Below, piece after piece: positions 13,186 to 26,378 of a DNA stretch of 64,000 bases; position 1 is the first letter of the stretch, and the number at the start of each line of letters is the position of its first letter. Position numbers and translations under genes: made by a program. This DNA comes from Octopus bimaculoides (lineage: Eukaryota), in NCBI RefSeq assembly GCF_001194135.2, contig NC_068990.1:2303245-2367244 (forward strand). Reading direction: 5' to 3'. The notes below the pieces were generated by a model. That model did not search any database, had not been told where the DNA came from, and saw only the letters and a program-made list of their open reading frames with translations.

Positions 13186-14067
13186 GCTGTAGTAGTATTG
13201 CCACGTCATTTAAGAATGAATGTAAGGACTCACCTACGTTGCATCGCTGGAAAATAAGTTTAATTGTATTCCCCCTCCAGACCTACTTTCAAATCTAGCA
13301 AAACTTCTCTTTTATATAAACAGTAGGTTTTGATCATGCTAGAAAAGGAAAGTGTATTGAATGTGCATGTTGTGAATCAAAGGATGTGAATAAAGAAAGA
13401 TAACGAAAGCTTAGAATAATAGGTTACTGTACAGGAAGTCTAAATTTGCAACAGCAAAATCGAATGAAGTTGCACTTGAAGTATATTGAAATTATTTGAA
13501 AAAGAAAACGTTGCATATGCGTGTGTGTGTGACTGTGTGTATGTGTGTATGCCTGTATGTGTGTCTGAGTGTGTATGTGTGTGTGCATGTCTCTGTGTGT
13601 GTCTGTGTTTCTGTGTGTATATATATATATATATAACAAAATGCAAAATGTCTTCTTTACACGCTAAATTTGAAAACAAACATCAGACAAGTTCTGACAG
13701 ATTTAACCTTAGTCACTATTATGCTCCATCATCACACGAAAACAGGCAATGTGTTTTGCATATGTGTTGTATGCTTTTTAAGTTGTTATAGATATAAGTC
13801 CCATCAGTAATACAAATATATATTGCAATAAGTTTAGCATATATATGCACGCACAAGTCATGCACTTTACTGATAGGAATTTCCCGAATGCTTCATATTT
13901 CACCTATATATTTTCTATGATATTGTATCGAGAAAGAATTCGATTTCCTTGACGAGCGGTCAAAATTGAAGAATAATTTAAGCCAGGAGACTTTCGCCTT
14001 CTATTTATTTCTACATATCACAAACACATACGAACGTGCTCACGTTCGTATTATTAGGTTGCCAATA

Positions 14068-14295
14068 AAGGCGGCAAGTTAGTAGGACCTTTAACACACC
14101 GGGTAAACTATAAAAATGCTTAGCGGCATTTCGTCCTTTCTCACGTTCTGAGTTCAAATTCCGCCAAGGTCGACTTTCCCTCTCACCCTTTCGGGGTCGA
14201 TAAAATTTCTAACATTTCAACAGTGGGATCGATATAATCGACTCATAACATCCGCCAATTTTGCTGCCCTTGTGGCAAAATTTGAAACCAATATT
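14068..14295 (+). mobile_element. SINE, near full length (family A)
   Basis: AAGGCGGC..AAATGCTTAGCGGCATTTCG..GTTCTGAGTTCAAATTCCGCC..GTCGACTTT..TTCGGGGTCGATAAAAT..TTTGAAACCAATATT. Homologous copies at 9630, 46579 and 63695; matches my recollection of an abundant Octopus SINE. Confidence 0.85.
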
Positions 14296-14586
14296 AGGCT
14301 GCCTTGATTAATGTCGTATCGAGACGAAAAAATTTTATTTCATTGATGATGGAGGTTCAAAGATACAAATATCCGAATTAAACAAATCGCAAAGAGTGTA
14401 AGTGTAACTTATACCGTTTTATTTTATATGAAGGAAGGTTGCTGTGTGTTTCCGGATAAAAGCCACATGCTTCTTCTCGCATGAAGGGACAGCAATCTGT
14501 GAACGATAAGTTAGGAGACCACCATTTTTCTCTGTCGATCAAAAGCGTAGAGGCAACATTTACATACTTATTTATTCATAGTTGCA

Positions 14587-14628
<42 letters not shown>

Positions 14629-17600
14629 NNNNNNNNNNNNNNNNNNNNNNNNNNNNNNNNNNNNNNNNNNNNNNNNNNNNNNNNNNNNNNNNNNNNNNNN
14701 NNNNNNNNNNNNNNNNNNNNNNNNNNNNNNNNNNNNNNNNNNNNNNNNNNNNNNNNNNNNNNNNNNNNNNNNNNNNNNNNNNNNNNNNNNNNNATATATA
14801 TATATATCAGAAATTTATTAAAATATTATACGTGTTTCAGCAAATTCCTGTTTTCCATTAGTAAATGAAAAGTGTTTAGAAGACGTTGAATGTACAAAAA
14901 AAATTTTGAAAAACTTGCTCAAAATATCAAATATCCATACATTTTCCAATATGCAATAACTTTTTAAAGAGATAGACAATAATAAAAGCTCAAACATTCG
15001 TTGAATTTCATAACAATCATACATGTTTGAAAGTTCATTTCAATGAGTTATATTAACAATAAAACACCATGAATTTTCAAAACGATTAACAAAAAGAAAA
15101 AAAAGAAGGAAGAAAAAAGATGTATTTACAATTTCTGTCGAAGTGCATGAAAGAGCATTCTTTTTCGTCATTGGTTTTGCTGGCGTGAGCTTGAACTGTT
15201 TTTGGCTGGAATACCTTTGAACATAGAGTTTTTTAAGATATAAGTTCAAGTTCTGATTGGTTATAAACTTGATGACACCAATTGTTTTTGTCCTATGGTT
15301 GGCTGAGTGCTTGAATTTTGGTTACTTTTTATTGGATGTCCTCATATATGTTGGCTTGGCAGTAGTCGAGCGCTCTGGTTGTTTGACTTCCCCATGACGT
15401 AATTTGTTTATCGACTATGATTTTTCTGCATACGGCATTTGTTTGGCAAAAGCCTTGCTAACTTGTTTTCGTCTGACGATCATAAAGGGTTCTAGTTGTT
15501 TGATTCCTTTATGAAGTCAGTTGTCTCGGTCAGCGGAATGTTTATTTTTATCCCGAATGTCCGATTTTTACCAGTAAGAAATCTAATTGGTTAAGCCTAG
15601 TGTGAAGTCAAAAACTAAAGCTGAGAACATGTAAGGTGTAATTATACAATAGTTTGATGTTAAGGCTTCGAATTCCCGGGAAAGCCCATAAATTCAAGTT
15701 TTTATTTACGCTTTTTTTTCTAGTTGTTTTTAGTGAGTGAATTGAGTTTTCTCTTTCAAGTGTGTAGAATATTTAGTTGTGGTTTATATTTCTTAATAAA
15801 CATATTTTCCTTTCCAGAATTGGGCTGAAGTGTCTGATGCATTCGTATAGACGGAAATTTTGGTACTTTTGTCATTTTCGGCAATCTTTATATACTACAT
15901 GACGTGCGTATATAGTGCAGCATTCATCCTAGAAAAGCATCTAGTATTAATATATATAGTGTTAAAAAGCACAGAATTATCAAGAGTGGACAAAACATAT
16001 CCAACACCTGCGGTGAAACTGTAAATTCATGAGATCTAAAAAGGTTATAAAGATCGCTGTTCCGAACTAATACCGTTTCCCGCTAATAACTAACATTTAC
16101 CTAGCCGGAAGCTATTAAGTCATTAGTCACTGCTTTTCTATATATCAGATCGAATGAAGATTGAAGAGTATACTGTGAGAGTGGATACCAACAGATGATG
16201 AAGGGAAATCCAGCAGAAATCACTTGATGCAGCAATTCTCTCCCGCCGGGATGAGCATTGTTTGTCCGTGGCTAATAACTCTGTGCTTTTTAGATTATCC
16301 GTCCATACGAGATACTTTATGAAGACGAATACAAAAATATTACGGCGTTCTTAAGGTATACCTACGCAAAGTCGGATATAAGAATGCTCTCTGTCACTAA
16401 TATTGCTTCTGTTGCAAATAACTAATATAAGCATTCACTTTTAAACGATAAAAGTCGCGAATGATTTCGAATATTCGATCAGTCTGATAAAAACGAACAA
16501 ATCTAAACGCCAAAGTCAGTGTTCATCTTTTCTTTGTAAACATTAATTAATATGTATTTTATTATAAGTATTACATCATCCTTCAGTTTATTACTAAAAC
16601 TTTTAGAATTTGACATGAAAAACCAATGTTATCATAATGATATGTGTGTGTGCTTGTGTGTGAGTGTGTGTGTGAGCGTGTGTGCATTTGTGTATATCTC
16701 TTTATGCATGTAACTTAAACATATTTGTGCACATCCATATATCTAGGCATATGTGTGATTGTGTATAGGAGTGTGAGCCTCTATCATTTGCTTTTTCCGT
16801 TGTAAAATGTTGATCAGTTTCCTCTTGCATCCGTTTTTTGAGACTTCGAATAAAATTGCTGCATTGTCAGAGATGTATTTCTGTTATAAAGCTACCTAGA
16901 AATTTATTTGAAACAAGAGGAGATAAATACTTGACATGGAATAAGACAAATAAAACAAATAATAAGTACAAGCTGAGAGGTTAATAGAGGTAAATAACGA
17001 AGTTGAATGATAGGTCAAAAGACGATGGTATGAAATAAATCTCGTATCCTCTTAAAGAGAAAAATAATTTAAATCGTTTTATATTTCGAGTAAGATTGTT
17101 TCATTGTCAGAGATGTATTTCTATCATGAATCTACCTAGAAACTTGAACCCATGTTGTTATATATGACTGAAGTGTATCAGGATATAACAATAAGGACTG
17201 TTAGTGGCTGTTTCGATGTGTATGTACTTCATTCATAAACAGCAATGGGGGAATAATATATTTAAGTGAACTTTTATTCTTTTGAGACCACTTCTGCACC
17301 TTCTAGTTAATTTAGTTCTTGTCGAAATTAAATGTGGTTAAGTTAATTGAATATGACTAGTGTTCCAATATTGTTTGAGATATAGTAAAACATAAATTAA
17401 ATAAATAAACTTACAATAAAGTATGTGTTCAAACATTGAAAGTTAATCAGATTCTAAGTAGTGTGGCTCCCTTATTTCTTTATTAATTCTGTTCTAGAAT
17501 ACTTATAATTATTGCGAAAGAGAATTCTAATTATGCTAACTTAATAAATATCATTGTATTTTGGGAGCGTCATTACACCAATAATGATAGTGCACGCATT

Positions 17601-18585
17601 GATTTAATATCACTTATTTTTATTGTTAGTCAACTGATTAATATCTAAGCAACTATCTAATAAGTCGAGTGGTTAATGTGCTGGTTGAAAAATCAATCGG
17701 TTGTCTGTGTGTAAAAGTCAATTCATCGCTATTCGCGAATTCATGAATGACGTGCGCTCTCTCTTCAAGATCTGACTTCAGTCTGTCTGAGAAATAGTCT
17801 TATACCTGCGATTATATATGCCTGTACGCGTGTATGTAGATGTGTCCTTGCTTACAAGAAAACGGAAGCGTGAGAGCAAAGGAAGAGTGTGTATGTGAAT
17901 GCGCGTGTGCATGCGCGTGTGCATGCGCGTGCAGATGTTTGGCTGTGTATATACATACACGTGACTGCTGATATGTGTGTTTGTGCGTTTGTACAAAGTG
18001 TGCATTAGCCATACTTGACCTCTTTAAGGGTTCGGACTTTTGTGCGAGGTCAGCTGGGTCTCAAATCTGCTGAGATTTGCCTGTCATCGCGAAAAGATTT
18101 ATAGTTGTAGCGCCTTATAAGGGAAGGAGAAGGAGAGACCAGGCTATGTGTGTGTGTGTCTGCACGCTCGAGTGTGTATGTTCTAACGCGCGTGTTTGTT
18201 TTGTTGAGGCGGTTCTTTGAGTGATGTGTGTGTGTTCATATGTGTGTCCATGTGTCAATAAGTGAGTGTTTGGTGATGTGCGTGAATTCCAGTGCGTGTA
18301 TGTGTCATTTTTTTCTTGAATAGGTAAGTGCCTGTGTGTACGTCTGTGTATGGGTAAGTGTCCCTGCGTACATGTGTGTGTGTTTGTTTGCATATGTACA
18401 CGTGCGCTTGCACATGTCTTTGTGTATGTATGTCTGATGCGTGTCCGTGAATGAGTCGGTAGTTGCGTTATTTTCGTCGCTTTGAGGTCGCGACCTGTTC
18501 ACTGACAAAATTCCATGTTGAAGTGAATCTAACGGTTTTTGTGTGTTTCTTAAATGGCTTATAAACACCTTCCACGCTGCAATTG

Positions 18586-18626
<41 letters not shown>

Positions 18627-18631
18627 GTCTA

Positions 18632-18829
18632 TATTTGTTTCCCTGTGTTTGTCCTGCTACCATCGCTTGAAAACCGATGTTGACGTCTTTACGCCTCCGT
18701 AAATTATCGGTTCGGCAGGAGAGACCGAATAAGTGCTGGGCTTGCAAAGAATAAGTCCTGGGGTCGATTTGTTCGATAAAAGGTGGTGCTCTAGCATGGC
18801 CGTTGTCAAATGACTGAAACAATAAAAGG
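18632..18829 (-). mobile_element. SINE-like repeat (family B, core GCGGCCATGCTGGAGCACC..ATCGACCCC)
   Basis: Reverse-complement homolog of 27495-27757. Confidence 0.8.
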
Positions 18830-19005
18830 TTACTATACTATTGTTTCCTTTATGATAAATCAGTCTCAGAGGATTCATTATTCTTCATCCCTCGATGGGG
18901 TATTATTTCAATAAACCCCGAGATAACGTTACCTGTTTTATATTCTCTAATTTGTTTTACTTCAAATATATCCCACGTCTGAGTTATTTCCCTCAGTTCA
19001 TTTTC

Positions 19006-19039
<34 letters not shown>

Positions 19040-19116
19040 TTATACACACATGCAATGCACATACACATGCAATGCACACACACATACATACACACATATA
19101 TATAAGCATATATGTA

Positions 19117-19162
<46 letters not shown>

Positions 19163-20936
19163 NNNNNNNNNNNNNNNNNNNNNNNNNNNNNNNNNNNNNN
19201 NNNNNNNNNNNNNNNNNNNNNNNNNNNNNNNNNNNNNNNNNNNNNNNNNNNNNNNNNNNNNNNNNNNNNNNNNNNNNNNNNNNNNNNNNNNNNNNNNNNN
19301 NNNNNNNNNNNNNNNNNNNNNNNNNNNNNNNNNNNNNNNNNNNNNNNNNNNNNNNNNNNNNNNNNNNNNNNNNNNNNNNNNNNNNNNNNNNNNNNNNNNN
19401 NNNNNNNNNNNNNNNNNNNNNNNNNNNNNNNNNNNNNNNNNNNNNNNNNNNNNNNNNNNNNNNNNNNNNNNNNNNNNNNNNNNNNNNNNNNNNNNNNNNN
19501 NNNNNNNNNNNNNNNNNNNNNNNNNNNNNNNNNNNNNNNNNNNNNNNNNNNNNNNNNNNNNNNNNNNNNNNNNNNNNNNNNNNNNNNNNNNNNNNNNNNN
19601 NNNNNNNNNNNNNNNNNNNNNNNNNNNNNNNNNNNNNNNNNNNNNNNNNNNNNNNNNNNNNNNNNNNNNNNNNNNNNNNNNNNNNNNNNNNNNNNNNNNN
19701 NNNNNNNNNNNNNNNNNNNNNNNNNNNNNNNNNNNNNNNNNNNNNNNNNNNNNNNNNNNNNNNNNNNNNNNNNNNNNNNNNNNNNNNNNNNNNNNNNNNN
19801 NNNNNNNNNNNNNNNNNNNNNNNNNNNNNNNNNNNNNNNNNNNNNNNNNNNNNNNNNNNNNNNNNNNNNNNNNNNNNNNNNNNNNNNNNNNNNNNNNNNN
19901 NNNNNNNNNNNNNNNNNNNNNNNNTATATATATATATATATATACATATATATACATATACACAAACACGCGCACGCACACATATATATATATACACACA
20001 CATACACTGGTTTGACTACTCTCTCCCTAAATTTATGTTCCCGTTACGTTATATATTTTCTAGAAAAACATATGATCTATGTATACAGTGTATATATACA
20101 GAGAGCATTATTTCCAGAGAATATAAAACTTAACGAGAAGAATTTAGGGAAGGAGAACATAGTCAAACCAGTATAAATGAGTGCAGGAGACTAGAATGTT
20201 GATAGAGTCCCTTTGATAAGAATCGCTTTTGCTATCTTTTACTTTTCCGATATTTTTTCGACAGCGTAGTTTAGAAAAAAAAAAAAAATACGAAACAAAT
20301 ATATTTCAAAAAGCTAATTTATTATGTTTTGGAGATTCTCCAAATATTGACATATTATTTCTCTCTCGAATCATGCTAACTTTCGTGTATGCGATGTATG
20401 TATGTATGTATGTATGTATGTATGTATGAGATGCGTGCATGAATGCACGCATGCATCTCTGTATATGGACGTGTCTATATATATATATTTATATATAATA
20501 TATATAAGTACATATTTGTACACACACACACGCACATATATATGTAGGTATGCATATATGCATATACATACATATACATACATATATATATACATATATA
20601 TATTAATATTAATATCAATATATGTGCTTATTTGTATATTTGTATATATGAATGTGTGATACTTTTTTCTCTTCAAGAGGCTTTCGCTTTGAAAACGTAG
20701 CTATAAAGACTTGATGCTCCAATATGTTTGCAAAGATATACTGATACTGCATTGTGCATAAAAAGATGATTTCTTTGTCAACTTAGCCGTTGTGAGTTGT
20801 CTCTTTTTCTCTCTCTGTTTTTATGTTGTGCGATTTATATTTTTATATTGAATATAATATACTAATGTATTGTGTAGGATATTTTTCTCTTGACATCCAG
20901 CCGCGAACCTGGCGTATTATTGATACTGAATCTCAA

Positions 20937-20970
<34 letters not shown>

Positions 20971-21154
20971 NNNNNNNNNNNNNNNNNNNNNNNNNNNNNN
21001 NNNNNNNNNNNNNNNNNNNNNNNNNNNNNNNNNNNNNNNNNNNNNNNNNNNNNNNNNNNNNNNNNNNNNNNNNNNNNNNNNNNNNNNNNNNNNNNNNNNN
21101 NNNNNNNNNNNNNNNNNNNNNNNNNNNNNNNNNNNNNNNNNNNNNNNNNNNNNN

Positions 21155-21190
<36 letters not shown>

Positions 21191-22582
21191 CTGAGTGTGT
21201 GTGTTTGTGTTTGTGTGTGTGTGTGTGTTTTTTTTTTCATTTCAAAGTTTCAGCTCAGAGCTGCGGCCATGCTGATGCACCACCGTGTGTACATATAAAG
21301 ATGTTCTACCTTTTGCTGCTGGGGTTCATGTTGTTGCTCTTTAACCATAGGTTAGCCGTTGATCATATTGAGCTATCAACAAAAAATTGAACAATTAGCA
21401 GCTGAGGTTTCCTCGGACCCAGTGAGGTACAATAATTGAAGGTAGATTTAGCTTTAATTTCTCAATCACCGAGAATGTTTCTTGTGTTATAGTCTTTATA
21501 GTTGGTGCTGTATTGTGTAAGGTCACCCTTTATCAAACAGACCGTGTACATCCACTAGATTTCCATTTCCGAATTTGTATAGTGCTCCATTATACACTCT
21601 ATCGTTTCCTTGCTAAGGCAGTATGGTGTAAGCTTTATTTGAGATTCAGCACTTATTCGTAATAGGTCATGGTAATATGTAGAAGTCCCTTTCGCTAGCC
21701 CATTGCATTTGAAGGCTTTCTGTGGTTAAATTATAGAAATATAAATAATGATGTCACTACTTGATACAATTCATTTTACATTTCAAAGCCACACACTGAG
21801 CTTAAGTTATAGAATGACATAAAACAAAATTTTGATATTTTGCTACCGAGATTAAAAACCTTCACCGATCTAAATGTCATTTATTATTTTTATTCATACA
21901 ACGAATTTGTTTGCCGTCCAATGTTCATTTGAAAATTTCATTGTGCTTATTTTTTCAACCAATATCACTTGAACTTGTCTTAATATTTTGAAGCTTATCA
22001 AGGATTTATTCATTACATTTATCTCTTCTCTAGGATAGATAGTATAATTTACGAAACATTTTCCCCTGTGCGATGATATATGGATTTAACATTGAAATTA
22101 GACAAATCCTTATCAATTATATATCTGAACGAGAGCTTTGTAACTATGTCAGAAATCAATTTTTTATCGACTAGTGTTACATACTTTGAAAACGAAAGAT
22201 ATCTGTTTCTGATCTCCGAGAATATCAGCCAGCTGTCCACATAAATTTGCTAATTTATTGCATTTCATATGATTTCGTGTCTATATATAATCTGCAGTAT
22301 TTTTACTTAAATTTGAGTATTATGTAAGTTAAAGAATTTCTAAAGCCATCCAAGCAAGCGATATCTTATGAACAAAGTACCATCTGATTTATACCCCTTT
22401 ACATAAATGGAGTTCTATATTATTCATAATTTGTTTTATGTCTCGCTGTGCGTTGAAAATAACCGTGTCTTTGTTTGTGCGAGAAATGGATATTGATGTA
22501 TGTGCAAATCTATATTCTCGACTAAAACCCTTCATTAAGGCCACAATGCAATGATAAAAATGAGTAACTAAATGTGTAACTG

Positions 22583-22648
<66 letters not shown>

Positions 22649-23844
22649 TGTGTGTATGAAAATATAACGGACATTGTTATAAATATTGATTTCTTAGATA
22701 GGCATTAAGCATCATGTGTGGGGATATCTAGAATTGATTATATCGAAACCAGTATTTGACTGTTAATTATTTTGACATCGGAGTAATTTGAAATTCAAAT
22801 GGTTGAAATCAGAGCTGCATCGAAATACAGAAAGTGATTCTCTTCAGCCCACCACCCGAGTTTTCGCAGTTGCTAATGCGTTAACATATTGAGAGACGCA
22901 ATAGTGATCTTAAAATAGGCACGGTTGTATTTGAAAGGATAATTCTAGCGAAACTGTGTAAATTATTGAATTAATTTTCGAAGGAAATGCATAAACAACA
23001 ACGTATTAAAACAGAATATCTCGCCAAAATGGAAAAGAAAAATAGAAACGTAAAGAAGATATAAAATATATATCAATTTTTAAGATTTTTAAGTTACCGA
23101 AGAACGTATATTATCTTGTGTTCTAAAACCCTGAAATGTCTTAGAAGACAGCTAAATAGCTTTATTTGAAAGACTACTTTCGAATATACTAAGATAACGA
23201 GACAATAATTCTGTCAAATTCATTGGGCAAGTATGTACTTGTAGCAATATATGAAGACATTGGTTTAAACAGGCAACAATAACTGTCAAGGAACTAAATT
23301 AGATTTTACGGAATAGAGCGTATCAAGTTTTAATGACCCGCTATAGATAATATTTGTTTCATTTCGTGAAAGAAATTATATATGGTTTCAGAGAAATGAA
23401 GGTGCGTAAGGTAAAAGAAGGTCGACAGTTTCTTTCAAAAATAAATAAACAATGCCATACAAAAATTAATTAAACTCGAAAATATATCTTAAATGTATTA
23501 CTCGATATTTGTGGAGCTGTTTTAGAGAGAATACAAAATGTAGTCTGTAAATTATTGTCATACCGTAATTCTGTTACAAAGTAAAAAAAGGCAAAAAAAA
23601 AACATGGAAGCATTGTTTCGAATACAACGTGCATGAAATTTTAATGTCCTTATCAAACACCCGGAAATAAAAACCACACACACACACATACACACACACA
23701 CAAATATATAAAAGTATGTAATTAAAACATTATATATTTTTATAGATGTAAATATTTAGCTTTCTCTACACTCCCACACATACATACATGCATACATATA
23801 TACATACATACATACATACATATGTACATACATCTTCTATCATT

Positions 23845-24025
23845 TTATTTGTTTCCGTAATTAAACTGTGGCCATGCTGGGGCATTGACTTCAAAAATTT
23901 TAGTCGAACGAATCGACCCCAGTACTTATCCTATTTTACTGCTTGGTACATAAATTATCGGGCTAGATTACCAGTTGTCAAATGGTGAGGAACAAATCCA
24001 GACACGCACATAAGGACACAAGTAC
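23845..24025 (+). mobile_element. SINE-like repeat, family B, internally shortened
   Basis: GTGGCCATGCTGGGGCA..TTTAGTCGAACGAATCGACCCCAGTACTTAT..GTTGTCAAATGGTGAGGAACAAA. Confidence 0.7.
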
Positions 24026-24403
24026 ACATATTTTTAACACGGACTTATTTCCGTTACGCATCCATCTAGACAAGACTTCGTAAAATCCAAAACGGATCAA
24101 CAAATAGAATTATAGTGATACATCTGTACATCACAAGGTTTGAGTGACAAAAGTTTGTACAACACTTTTACCACACTCTCGGGCTCCATAGCAGATTCTA
24201 GCGATAAGCATGGTGGTAAGGTAAGAGGTACTATTATGACTGCACGTTTTGCGTCAGAGTACCTTTCTCCTAGCAGAGCTGACTTCGCCATGGTTTTGTC
24301 AAAGATAACTGGAACTTGTACTATTTAACCTTTAGATGAGACACTGAGAGAACGACTCCGTGAGTAATGGTTCCTAAGGGGTGATTGCATGCTCCCCATA
24401 ACC

Positions 24404-24439
<36 letters not shown>

Positions 24440-24569
24440 GTCGACTTTCTGTGCATCATTTTGTGGTTATGAGTGAATCTAAAGTCACACATCCCACATC
24501 TGTTCCCACTCAGTTGCACCCAACACAATGTTAAATATTTGGTGCAACATTTTCTCTCTTTTCTGTCTA

Positions 24570-24770
24570 TTTTTAGCTGAACGTATCGACGCCAGAATTT
24601 TTTTCAGTTTTATTTTTGGGAGTTATTATACTGCAGTCATGCTGGGACACCGCCTTGAAGAATTTTTAGTTGAATGTATCAACGCCAGAATTCTTTTATA
24701 TTTTTACTTGTTGCTGGAGTTATTAGACTACGGTCATGCTGGGACAACGCTTTCTAAGAATCTTTAGTCG
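24570..24770 (+). repeat. Tandem partial copies of the family-B head (about 95-bp period)
   Basis: GTATCRACGCCAGAATT and GTCATGCTGGGACA each occur twice at about 95-bp spacing. Confidence 0.65.
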
Positions 24771-25169
24771 CAGAAAGATCAGCAGTTTAAAATTCAAATT
24801 TAAATTCTTATGTTTTCTTCACTCAGCACTTACAGATTAATGAGAATGAGCTGAGCTTTTGAACTTGTTCCGGCCGTTGAAGGTCTAACAGAATTATGGC
24901 AGCGAAAGCAAGTCATTCAGATATACTTCTTATCGTTTTATGTTTCTACACATTTCTTGAAGTAAATGCTTTCCCTTTTGTTAGAATTCAGACAATACAT
25001 ACATTGAGTAGGAAAGAGTCTTGTGTTCTGTTATTCTACTCTACTTACTTATTTCTGATTCAACATATTCTCTTTACTTAAAAATTGGAATTTTGGAAAA
25101 TAAAATTTTTGTCTTTTTTACAACCGCGATTTCCGTTTTGTTTACGTAAAATTATAGGAATTTTAAAAA

Positions 25170-25565
25170 AGATTTGGCTGTTATTTCTAGCATGCGGAGT
25201 GACCTTGCAGGCTTAACTTGATGTGCTGATTGAAAATCACCTAAAATAAATTCTGGAGTCAATACCTTCGACTAAAAATTCCTCAAGGCGCTGCCCCAGC
25301 ATGGCCGCAGTCCAATGACTGAAACAAGTAAAAAGATTTCTAGAAAATGAAAAAAATCTTAAAATAATTAAAAAATATAATCGAGGGGCTTATAAAAGAT
25401 TTTCAAGTGATTTGGCTGTTATTTCTAGCATGTGGAGAGATCTTCTAGGCTTAACTTCATGCACTGGTTGAAAATCATTAATAAAAATCTGGAATCAATA
25501 CATTTGATTGAAAATTCCCCAAGGTGGTGCCTCAGCATGACCACAGCCCGCGACAAGTAAAAATA
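25170..25565 (-). repeat. Tandem dimer of a family-B-related repeat (about 240-bp period)
   Basis: GATTTGGCTGTTATTTCTAGCATG..GGCTTAACTT..TTGAAAATCA..CAGCATG occurs at about 25171 and again at about 25410. Confidence 0.7.
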
Positions 25566-25606
25566 AAGCAAAACAACGAAAAAAATAACTGAAAAATATC
25601 ACCGTG

Positions 25607-25705
25607 TGCATTTTGTCCGAGGGGATTTTGTCCACTTTCACATTTTTAACTATGGGGCTTTTGTCCTGGGATACTTTTGTCCCTGGGGATTTTTGTACGG
25701 ATCCC
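25607..25705. repeat. Cluster of five GGGRYTTTTGTCC-like motifs, possibly one end of a MITE/DNA transposon
   Basis: Motifs at 25608, 25621, 25654, 25668 and 25685, ending GGATCCC. I did not find a partner end in the window. Confidence 0.5.
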
Positions 25706-25890
25706 TTCACTTCACTATTTTCTTTCTTTTTTGCTATTTCTCCATATAGTGTACCATATTTTGAAATACTTGCAATTTGTATTTTTTCTGCTTATGTTTG
25801 CTTCAATTGATAAATTTCCGAAATTAAAAATATTAATATACAAAATATACTTCATATTATTACGTATAGAATACATTCATGCGATAAATA

Positions 25891-26378
25891 TTGTTTATCG
25901 ACTATCTTCAAAATGGGCACACCATCAATTTAAAGATCAATGCCAACTTGCTAAGGCAGTTACAAAAAGCTATTAAGACCAAGCGCCCAGAAAAACTGAT
26001 GAATAGGGTCTTGTTTTATTAGGACAATGCTTCTGCACACAGGTCCTTGGTTTCAATGGCTGCTGTATGTGAATGGCTTTGAACTGTTTCTTCACCCTCC
26101 CTATTTTAGTGATTTGATTCCATCTAATTATCATCTATTTCGCAAAATAAAAGACACTCGGCTGGGCACCAGTATCGCTGTGATGATGACGTCGTATCTG
26201 TTGTTGATAACTATTTTGACCAATACGATAGCTTCTTCACCAATGCGATCCACACACTGCAACTACTTATGAAAGTGAATGGACAGTAAGAGGAGCTATG
26301 TTAAAAAATGAACTTCATTTAGTCCCATTCTATGAGAGTGTCTTACTCCGCCTATGAACATTTCAGACAATCTTCATA
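25891..26378 (+). mobile_element. mariner transposase 3' half with 3' TIR, decayed
   Basis: IDYLQNGHTIN..LLRQLQKAIKTKRPEKL..VLFY*DNASAHRSL..ELFLHPPYFSDLIPSNYHLFRKIK..RCDDDVVSVV. These are DNAxxH and HPPYSPDLAPSD-type motifs. TIR-like end CTATGAACATTTCAGACAATCTTCATA. Confidence 0.9.

Noticed and set aside
15180-15560. Coding-like composition on the minus strand
   Set aside because: Multiple stops in all frames; only a vague resemblance to PLE N-terminal motifs.
16150-16360. Acceptor-like TATATCAG followed by TGATGA (possible exon or C/D snoRNA)
   Set aside because: Early stops in all plus frames; no terminal stem or well-placed D box.
18485-18496. 12-bp palindrome AGGTCGCGACCT resembling a nuclear-receptor inverted repeat
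   Set aside because: Palindromes of this length are expected several times by chance in 64 kb.
20655-20705. AAGAGGCTTTCGCTTTGAAAACGTAG, faintly hammerhead-like
   Set aside because: CUGANGA core absent and stem II does not pair.
22049-22240. Frames open on both strands, with an AAA|GTATGT donor-like site on the minus strand
   Set aside because: Weak acceptor, unrecognised peptide, AT-rich composition allows such frames by chance.
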